Shown: piece by piece, positions 34,805 to 41,112 of the stretch
Layout of the letters: each line of letters starts with the position of its first letter
Position numbering within the stretch: the first letter of the stretch is position 1
Assembly (NCBI GenBank): GCA_038058095.1
Contig: JBBUBW010000009.1
Span: forward strand, 1-50,042
Direction: 5' to 3'
Source: Patescibacteria group bacterium
Lineage (GTDB): Bacteria > Patescibacteriota > Minisyncoccia > UBA6257 > 2-01-FULL-56-20
DNA: 50,042 bases
The notes under the pieces: generated by a model
Databases searched by the model: none
The model's input: only the letters and a program-made list of their open reading frames with translations
Told to the model about the DNA's origin: nothing
Position numbers and translations under genes: made by a program

Positions 34805-35575
34805 ATGGAACCCATCGTGAGCCGTACCCTGTCAGTGCACAACGAGCACGAATTTCTTTTAAAGCTCGAAGCCGCAGGTCTCAACCAAGCACTTTCCCAG
34901 AGAGTCGTTGACTCAAAGGAGAATGATCTCGGCAAGAAAATAGTGAGACTCATCGAGAACGGCGGTTTCGAACCGACGACGAGCCAAAAACGCGCCCGCG
35001 AGATCATGGGGCGCAACATGTTCGGCGTCGAAGAAGCAATCCGGCATTTCGGCGTGAATCCCACGAGGCAACAGGCCGCCGCTCTTTCGGAAATCCCATT
35101 TTCCGAGGCAACCCTCGAGCAGTGCAAGAACACGCACGTTCTCGTTGCGGTCTTCCCCCTCTCGATCCTCGAGATTCGCGGTAAGGTTCCCAGTGACCAG
35201 CATCTGTTTTATGTTCAAGACTGGTACAACAAGGAATCCTTCGCCAAAGACAAAGGGGAACTGGAGTGGCAGCTCATTTGCAAAACTCCCGTCGACAACT
35301 CGACGTCGAGGACGTGGGACGAGCAACAGGCTTTGCTCTCCGACAAAGATCAGACGCCCAAAGCTCGTGTGATGGTCTACGCGATCATCTGCCATTTCCT
35401 CTCGACAGGCGAACGGCTGTTCGAGAAAATCTACGTTCGCTGTTCGGATGTGGATTCGGACGGCCGCCGGGTCCTCGTCGGTCGCTTCGCTTCCGACGGC
35501 TTGCTCGTCAACGACCTCTGGGACGGCCACCGCTACGACAACATCGGCCTCGCCTCTGCCCGGAAGTCCGAGTAG
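34805..35575 (+). CDS. DGR target protein 1 (VR-bearing, no signal peptide)
   Basis: AGGAGG lies 7 nt before the ATG at 34805. The C-terminus ...VDSDGRRVLVGRFASDGLLVNDLWDGHRYDNIGLASARKSE is encoded by VR1. Confidence 0.85.
   Translation: MEPIVSRTLSVHNEHEFLLKLEAAGLNQALSQRVVDSKENDLGKKIVRLIENGGFEPTTSQKRAREIMGRNMFGVEEAIRHFGVNPTRQQAAALSEIPFSEATLEQCKNTHVLVAVFPLSILEIRGKVPSDQHLFYVQDWYNKESFAKDKGELEWQLICKTPVDNSTSRTWDEQQALLSDKDQTPKARVMVYAIICHFLSTGERLFEKIYVRCSDVDSDGRRVLVGRFASDGLLVNDLWDGHRYDNIGLASARKSE
35448..35568 (+). repeat. DGR variable repeat VR1
   Basis: 121 bp that aligns without gaps to the TR. There are 20 mismatches and 15 fall at TR adenines. The 3' 75 bp differ only at adenines. Confidence 0.9.
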
Positions 35576-35587
35576 AACCTTGAAACT

Positions 35588-35604
35588 GGAGGATTTGATC
35601 CTCC
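35588..35604 (+). other. hairpin downstream of VR1 (GGAGGAT-TTG-ATCCTCC)
   Basis: It starts 20 nt after the end of VR/TR homology. The same sequence occurs after VR2. It is absent after the TR. Confidence 0.6.
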
Positions 35605-35614
35605 TCATTACCTT

Positions 35615-35655
35615 GAGCCTCCGCGCGATTTTTTCGCCGGAGGCTCATCTTATTT
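35615..35655 (+). terminator. rho-independent terminator of target gene 1
   Basis: GAGCCTCCG...CGGAGGCTC stem followed by ATCTTATTTTATT. Confidence 0.6.
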
Positions 35656-35731
35656 TATTAACTCGTCAGTAAGAAACTAAAAAGAATATCAGCTAACTTA
35701 GTTATTCCCCTTTTTACAACGAGCCCTAGCA

Positions 35732-35760
35732 TTGACACAGAGCCCATTATTCTGTAAAAT
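35732..35760 (+). promoter_or_regulatory. sigma70-type promoter TTGACA-17 nt-TAAAAT (target gene 2)
   Basis: Hexamers at 35732-35737 and 35755-35760. Confidence 0.6.
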
Positions 35761-35805
35761 ATTTCTGCTCTTTAATAATCAAATATTCGAGATTCTGTCT
35801 ATGGC

Positions 35806-35862
35806 ATGAGGCGAGTGTTTAAAATGTTATAACTCATATAGTTTTTTAAGCACTCGCCTCAT
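35806..35862 (+). promoter_or_regulatory. 5' leader hairpin of target gene 2
   Basis: ATGAGGCGAGTG...CACTCGCCTCAT forms a 12-bp stem. Confidence 0.5.
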
Positions 35863-35922
35863 AAAAAGCGAGTCTGAACCGGACAGATATCCGATAAATT
35901 TCAAATCAGAAGGAGGCACACG

Positions 35923-36735
35923 ATGCCACAAAGCATCGCACACCCCAAACCGACTGCCGTGCTTGACGGGACGGCAAAGTTTTTCCGCGTGATGGCGAAC
36001 GCCGGTGTTCCCTTTTCGGCGTTTACTCCACCAATGCAGAGCGTAGCGAAAAGAGCCAACCTCGCGGAGTTCCTCAAGCTCGGTTGTCCCAAAGTCGACG
36101 GCAATGGCGTTATCAACACAACGCCATCGGAACACGACCTTGCGCGCCTCATTTTAGCCAGCGATTTCATCACGCCGGAAGAAGTGGCGCAAACTCGCGG
36201 ACTCACCTATGCGGATGAGCAACTCGAAGCGTTGCAAACAAGCCTGCCGCCACTCGAAGTGATCACTTGGTGTCGCGGGAACGGTTACTTACTGCTTCCC
36301 AATCCACCCGAGGCAATGTCGCTTCTCGGAGTCCGAGATCTCAACCGAGCCCTCTTTTCTTCAAAGGAAGGCGGGTGGTATGCTGACCAAGCTTTCGCGG
36401 CGAAGGAAACGACTGAGGCCGCAACTTGGCTTATGATCCGCAAGGGCATCGTGCCGAACTCCACGGATAAGAAATGGAAGGAACAAATTCCACTCATCTC
36501 TGACGTTGAACGGGTACCGAATGCCGCCGAGTTCTCCTGGGCGCTCACGATCTACAAAGAAGTCCGGGGCGTCTACCTTATGGGTGGAATCTACGCCCGC
36601 ACTTCAAGTGTGGATTCGGACGGCCTCCGGGTCCGCGTCGGCCACTTCGATTCCGACGGCTTGGACGTCCACAGCTACTGGGACGACCATCGCTATGACG
36701 GCTTCGGTCTCGCCTCCGCTCGGAAGTCCGAGTAG
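35923..36735 (+). CDS. DGR target protein 2 (paralog of target 1)
   Basis: AGGAGG lies before the ATG. The C-terminus ...VDSDGLRVRVGHFDSDGLDVHSYWDDHRYDGFGLASARKSE is encoded by VR2. Confidence 0.85.
   Translation: MPQSIAHPKPTAVLDGTAKFFRVMANAGVPFSAFTPPMQSVAKRANLAEFLKLGCPKVDGNGVINTTPSEHDLARLILASDFITPEEVAQTRGLTYADEQLEALQTSLPPLEVITWCRGNGYLLLPNPPEAMSLLGVRDLNRALFSSKEGGWYADQAFAAKETTEAATWLMIRKGIVPNSTDKKWKEQIPLISDVERVPNAAEFSWALTIYKEVRGVYLMGGIYARTSSVDSDGLRVRVGHFDSDGLDVHSYWDDHRYDGFGLASARKSE
36609..36728 (+). repeat. DGR variable repeat VR2 (more diverged)
   Basis: 23 mismatches to the TR, 14 at TR adenines and 9 elsewhere. Three non-A changes and one adenine-site change fall in the 3' IMH-like segment. 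Confidence 0.8.
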
Positions 36736-36748
36736 AACCTTGAAACCT

Positions 36749-36765
36749 GGAGGATTTGATCCTCC
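36749..36765 (+). other. hairpin downstream of VR2 (GGAGGAT-TTG-ATCCTCC)
   Basis: Identical to the hairpin after VR1. Confidence 0.6.
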
Positions 36766-36775
36766 TCATTACCTT

Positions 36776-36826
36776 GAGCCTCCGGCGCGAATTTTTTTCG
36801 CACACGCCGGGGGCTCTTTCTTTTTA
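36776..36826 (+). terminator. rho-independent terminator of target gene 2
   Basis: GAGCCTCCGGCG...CGCCGGGGGCTC stem followed by TTTCTTTTTAT. Confidence 0.65.
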
Positions 36827-37133
36827 TAAACCTTGTGATATGCTTTTTTTATCTTGCTAATGCAGGCGCGGTTACGGCTTCGCCTCGCGAGATATCTCAC
36901 CTTTGCCTGCCCGCCGAAGTTATCGGCGCAGGCGGGAGATGTCGCCAGAGCGCCACCGTTTACGGATTGCGGCAGAGCGCGATGAAGGATAGAGATGGAC
37001 TTCTTGCTCGCTTCTAGTGGAGATGTCCCGCCAAATCGGGACTGCTCTCGAATAAAATTCAGGAACGAAAGGCAATAGGCTCCTTTTGAGCGGTAACCCT
37101 TAAGTTTCGGTGCCATGGGCGGTAGCGGGCAAT

Positions 37134-37254
37134 ATGTGGATTCGGACGGCAACCATGTCTACGTTGGCAACTTCGATTCTGACGGCTTGAACGTCAACAA
37201 CAACTGGGACGACAACCGCAACGACAACATCGGCCTCGCCTCTGCCCGGAAGTC
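37134..37254 (+). repeat. DGR template repeat (TR)
   Basis: 121 bp with 31 adenines and 9 AAC codons in the VR reading frame (...NHVYVGNFDSDGLNVNNNWDDNRNDNIGLASARKS). No plausible ORF leads into it; a stop lies at 37094-37096 in frame. Confidence 0.9.
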
Positions 37255-37260
37255 ACCCCT

Positions 37261-37650
37261 CTATTCGTTTTTGAATGCCCCGCCAAGCGGGGCATTCTCT
37301 CGTCGGTCTTTCGAGGATTTTATCCAGCCACCCAACATCCGGCCGATCTCATCCACCGGTTCTTCGAGTGAAACGTATTTCTTGTTGTCGATTACCCTGA
37401 CCTCTTTCATTAACCGGAGAAATACTCGCAAAAAGTTTAGCTTGAGACTGACTTTTTCAAGGATCGGCACTTTCTCTGATTTGTAAGTTTGACTCGCAAG
37501 GAGGATGCCTTCAAGGATGTCGAGAATAATATTCTCGCATCGTTGCCAGATGCTGTGGCGATCCTGTTTAGTAATACCATCCCGATAACCATAAAAAGTT
37601 TTATATAAATCATAGGTTTTTTTGAAGATCGGGATATCGAAGTCGTCCAT
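37261..37650 (-). CDS. avd: DGR accessory variability determinant (Avd), four-helix bundle
   Basis: 129 aa. Basic helices and the C-terminal EIGRMLGGWIK compare with phage BPP-1 Avd EVGRILGSWIA (recalled). It lies directly between the TR and the RT. Confidence 0.8.
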   Translation of the reverse strand: MDDFDIPIFKKTYDLYKTFYGYRDGITKQDRHSIWQRCENIILDILEGILLASQTYKSEKVPILEKVSLKLNFLRVFLRLMKEVRVIDNKKYVSLEEPVDEIGRMLGGWIKSSKDRRENAPLGGAFKNE

Positions 37651-37668
37651 TTGTTTTATTATTTATTA

Positions 37669-38568
37669 ATGAAAATTTATAATAATTTATTTGAACAGAT
37701 TACCTCTTTGGAGAATCTTTTTTCTGCGTGGGACGCTTTCAAGTCCGACAAACGGAAAAAACCGGACGTAATGCGGTTTGAATGGCAACTTGAGGAAAAT
37801 ATTTTCAGGTTGCACCGGGAACTCAAAAGTGCCACGTACAGGCATGGCCCGTACTCCGGTTTTTATGTAACCGATCCCAAACAACGCCATATCCATAAAG
37901 CTTTGGTGCGAGATCGGGTTTTGCATCACGCGGTTTTTTCGGTGATCAACCCCATTTTTGAGGAGATGTTTATCCCAACGTCGTTTTCGTGCCGAGTGGG
38001 GTATGGCACTCATCGCGGCGTTGAAGCCCTTGCTGGCATGATGCGCCAAGTGAGTAAAAACAACACGCGGACGTGCCACGTATTGAAGTGCGATGTGAGA
38101 AAGTTTTTTGACAGCGTGGACCACCGGATACTCCTCGGTATTCTTACGAAACGTATTAAAGATGAAAAAGTGATGTGGCTCCTGCGATCTATTGTTGAAA
38201 GCTATTCGAGTGAAATAGGGAGTGGAAAAGGGATTCCGATAGGGAATTTGACCTCCCAGCTTTTTGCCAATATCTACATGAATGAGTTCGATAGGTATAT
38301 GAAACATATGGTGAAGGCAAAACACTATCTGCGATACACCGATGACTTTGCGATTGTTTCTGAAAACCGAACTTATTTAGAGGAACTACTGCCTAAGATC
38401 AAAGAATTTCTTTCAAACAACCTGGCAATCAATCTACACCCCAATAAAATCATACTTTCGACCTTCTGTCAAGGCGTAGATTTTCTTGGTTACGTTTCTT
38501 TTCCTCAATACCGACTCCTCCGTACAAAAACAAGGTGGAGAATTTTTTCGAGACTGCGAAAAAACTAA
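37669..38568 (+). CDS. DGR-type reverse transcriptase (C-terminus apparently interrupted)
   Basis: RT motifs LKCDVRKFFDSVDH, GIPIGNLTSQLFANIYMNEFD (DGR-specific [ILV]GxxxSQ) and YLRYTDDFAIV. The ORF ends at a TAA right after an A AAA AAC run. Confidence 0.9.
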   Translation: MKIYNNLFEQITSLENLFSAWDAFKSDKRKKPDVMRFEWQLEENIFRLHRELKSATYRHGPYSGFYVTDPKQRHIHKALVRDRVLHHAVFSVINPIFEEMFIPTSFSCRVGYGTHRGVEALAGMMRQVSKNNTRTCHVLKCDVRKFFDSVDHRILLGILTKRIKDEKVMWLLRSIVESYSSEIGSGKGIPIGNLTSQLFANIYMNEFDRYMKHMVKAKHYLRYTDDFAIVSENRTYLEELLPKIKEFLSNNLAINLHPNKIILSTFCQGVDFLGYVSFPQYRLLRTKTRWRIFSRLRKN

Positions 38569-38570
38569 AA

Positions 38571-38699
38571 AGTTACCGCGGTGAATTGATTTCAAGAACT
38601 TCTCTCGAGTAATCCCTGCAGTCCTATCTCGGCGTTCTTTCTCACGGCAATACTTTCAAATTACGCGAGAGTATTCTTAATGAATTCTGGTTTAGTTGA
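38571..38699 (+). pseudogene. out-of-frame remnant of the RT C-terminus
   Basis: The -1 frame reads SYRGELISRTSLE*SLQSYLGVLSHGNTFKLRESILNEFWFS*. As far as I recall, it resembles the conserved C-terminal tail of DGR RTs. Confidence 0.5.
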
Positions 38700-38753
38700 G
38701 GTTCGGTTCGTTTTAATGTAGTAAGTTATCAGTCGTAAGTTATTAGTTAAAAG

Positions 38754-40481
38754 TTACTTCAACACCCTCACCGTTTTAAGATTCCACTTATAACTCTCCT
38801 TAAACCTATCCGCCGGGTCAGTTACTAGTTTTCCTTGAATTCCCTTTAAATCATTCTCCGCCACCAACACGTAATTAGGCGAGTAAAGGAAAATCGCCGG
38901 ATAGTCTTGAGTAATCAATCCCTGAAGTTGCGCTAAGGTGCTTTCGCGATCTTGCTGCGTTGGATTTTGCCCTAGTTTATCAAGCAACGCGTCCACCGCC
39001 TTATTGCTATAAAGCGACAAATTCAATCCCGGAAAAAATCTTTCCGTTGAGCGCCAGAATGGAGTTAAATCCAAATCATCTCCCAAGAAATTTCCATAAA
39101 GCAACATTTCATAATCCCGGTTTTTAATAATATTATCGAGCGCGTCGCCTTCCGGCACTTTAGATATGTTTACCTTAAAACCAATTCCTTCCCACGTCGC
39201 CTTAAGTTTGTCGGCTGTCGCCGTCAAAAACGGAATCTCGGGCACCGTCAAATTTATTTCTAAATTAACTTTTGTTTTGTTGATAGTTTTCTGCCTCACT
39301 CCCGGAAGCGAGTTATCGGTTCCCGAACCATCGCTTAAATTCCATCCCGACGCCTCAAGAACCCGAATCGCCTCGTCTTTATCTTGAGCTACTAAACTAT
39401 CACTTCCTACGCCCTGAACTACCGGTCCACTCACGACTTGTCCATCTCCTCCCAAAACTTCTTTAACCAGCGCTTCTCGCGGAGTCGAAAGGCTCATCGC
39501 TTTTCTTACCGCGATATCTTTAAGAATCGTATTCTTCGATTGGTTTATAAAAACGGCGTAATAGTTTGGAGAAGGGAATGACAATTTCTCGAAAGGCCGT
39601 TTTATTTTCTCCACCTCTTGCGGATCCAGCCCGCCAGCTCCGCCAATCATTCCGCGGTTAAAAGCGGCCACTAAGTTTTCTTTATCCTGATAAAATTTAA
39701 AACTTATATTTTCTATTAAAGCCGCTTCGCCTGGATAATCCGGATTGATTTCCAGTTCGTAGCGAGTGATAAATCCTCGCCGGTCTTTATCGTAATTTTT
39801 GAAGCGGTAGAAACCGCTTCCCACTGGGCTTAAATTGTAGTCCGAAAGGCGCCAATTGATTGGCGGAACATCGTTAAAAATATGTTTTGGCAACAAGTAA
39901 AGATTTTTTATCTCGTGCTCTAAAGCCGACGTCCACTCCGTACTGAAATTCAGACTTTCTCCTTGGGCTTTAGCCCTCTGAATTTCTAGTATCGGGGCCG
40001 TCCCGGGTGCTCTTAACTGAACCTCCAATTCGCTCATTCGCTCCGCTCCCACGCCTCTCCATTTCGAGATAAGAGGGGATTGAGCACTTTCGTCTTGGAT
40101 TTTTTGGATAGTGAAAACCACGTCGTCGCTTGTAAGCGGCTTCCCGTCCGTCCAAACCAAACCTTCCTTAAGGCGCACTTTCCAGAAAAGCCCGCTTTTA
40201 TCCAATTCAATTTGGCTGGCTAAGTCCTCTAGTTTCGCGAAAACCAATCGCACCAAAGATTTATCGACATCACTCGCAGCCGAAACGGGATTTACGGCAG
40301 ACGGCTGGCCGATGAACCCTTCTATATATTCTCCGCCTCGAGTCGGCATCGCTTTAGTCGCGCCCCTAACTACCACAATTATTAAAACCAAGCCGGAGAC
40401 GATTACCAGCGCTGCTGCCGCCAAAAATATTTTTCGTTCCTTATCGGAAAATGCGAGAAAAATTTTCTTTAGTTTATCCAC
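38754..40481 (-). CDS. ABC transporter substrate-binding protein, family 5 (peptide/nickel type), membrane-anchored
   Basis: 575 aa with an N-terminal TM anchor. Length and sequence pattern (WTDGKPLTSDDVVFT..., INPDYPG...) resemble SBP_bac_5 proteins. Confidence 0.65.
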   Translation of the reverse strand: MDKLKKIFLAFSDKERKIFLAAAALVIVSGLVLIIVVVRGATKAMPTRGGEYIEGFIGQPSAVNPVSAASDVDKSLVRLVFAKLEDLASQIELDKSGLFWKVRLKEGLVWTDGKPLTSDDVVFTIQKIQDESAQSPLISKWRGVGAERMSELEVQLRAPGTAPILEIQRAKAQGESLNFSTEWTSALEHEIKNLYLLPKHIFNDVPPINWRLSDYNLSPVGSGFYRFKNYDKDRRGFITRYELEINPDYPGEAALIENISFKFYQDKENLVAAFNRGMIGGAGGLDPQEVEKIKRPFEKLSFPSPNYYAVFINQSKNTILKDIAVRKAMSLSTPREALVKEVLGGDGQVVSGPVVQGVGSDSLVAQDKDEAIRVLEASGWNLSDGSGTDNSLPGVRQKTINKTKVNLEINLTVPEIPFLTATADKLKATWEGIGFKVNISKVPEGDALDNIIKNRDYEMLLYGNFLGDDLDLTPFWRSTERFFPGLNLSLYSNKAVDALLDKLGQNPTQQDRESTLAQLQGLITQDYPAIFLYSPNYVLVAENDLKGIQGKLVTDPADRFKESYKWNLKTVRVLK

Positions 40482-40516
40482 GTTTCAAATTCGTCAAAGC
40501 TAGCGCTCTTAGTTTA

Positions 40517-40729
40517 TTAACTTAAAAAATTATAAATCGCCAAAGCCACAAAAACCACCGCCAAAACAATCGTTCCCCTGAAAATCATTTTTTCCATTCC
40601 CCTCCGTGTTTGGTAAAATCCCATTCCCTCTCCACCAAAAATTCCCGAAAGTCCCGCTGACCTCTCTTGAAGTAGAATTAAAACCACTAGCGCCGCTGCC
40701 ACCACAATTTGAGCGATAAGTAGAATCAT
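40517..40729 (-). CDS. secG: preprotein translocase subunit SecG
   Basis: 70 aa with two TM helices. The loop LLQERSAGLSGIFGG is typical of SecG. Confidence 0.8.
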   Translation of the reverse strand: MILLIAQIVVAAALVVLILLQERSAGLSGIFGGEGMGFYQTRRGMEKMIFRGTIVLAVVFVALAIYNFLS

Positions 40730-41082
40730 GATTTTTTAAATATTAAATGAATGAAGAAATTCACAAACCCGATAATCACCGCCGCGTAAAGCAGCGTCAG
40801 AACCCCATCAATACTAAGGTTTTTTGAAAAACTGTCAAGAATATAGAGTAAAAGCATATTAACCACAATCAGCCCTAGCCCTAAAGTGAAAATAATGACC
40901 GGCCCCAAAATTAATTTTAGAACCGGCTTCAAAATAAAATTAAGCAAAGCGAAAATCGCTGCGAGTACCAAAGTTTGGCCGAACCCGCCCAAAATCTGAA
41001 ATTTCGGGAAAAAATAAGCTATTCCCGTAAAAGCCGCCGCATTTAGGAGGATAATAACCGCCGTTTTTAGTATCCACTTCAC
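40726..41082 (-). CDS. phage holin family IV (DUF360/YvlD-like) membrane protein
   Basis: 118 aa with four TM segments. The segment LNFILKPVLKLILGPVIIFTLGL is characteristic of the family. Confidence 0.65.
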   Translation of the reverse strand: MKWILKTAVIILLNAAAFTGIAYFFPKFQILGGFGQTLVLAAIFALLNFILKPVLKLILGPVIIFTLGLGLIVVNMLLLYILDSFSKNLSIDGVLTLLYAAVIIGFVNFFIHLIFKKS

Positions 41083-41112
41083 TCTTCTATTATAACCCTA
41101 GTTTCCAAAAAC

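Larger units (their letters stand above)
34623..38699 (+). mobile_element. diversity-generating retroelement (two target genes with VRs, TR, avd, RT)
   Basis: See the component features. The TR and VRs are 121 bp, mismatches concentrate at TR adenines, the RT carries IGNLTSQ and YTDD, and the four-helix Avd ends EIGRMLGGWIK. Confidence 0.9.

Noticed and set aside
34717-36829. Many long overlapping ORFs on both strands (for example 34913-35608 minus, 35266-35583 plus, 35901-36206 minus, 36506-36829 plus)
   Set aside because: They lie in the GC-rich DGR target region, where stop codons are rare in all frames. Their translations are Arg/Pro/Gly-rich with no coding character. The two target-gene frames have AGGAGG ribosome-binding sites and mutual homology.
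37115-37486. 123-aa plus-strand ORF (MGGSGQYVDSDGNHVYVGNFDSDGLNVNNNWDDNRNDNIGLASARKSP...)
   Set aside because: Its first 47 codons are the DGR template repeat. The rest is antisense to the well-supported avd gene. There is no RBS, and a stop lies shortly upstream in frame. It is treated as non-coding TR.
38559-38612. Programmed -1 ribosomal frameshift that restores a full-length RT
   Set aside because: The heptamer A AAA AAC is in the correct phase. However, the -1 frame hits a TAA after only 15 codons, before the conserved-looking tail. Frameshifting alone cannot rescue the C-terminus, so decay or sequence error is the simpler explanation.
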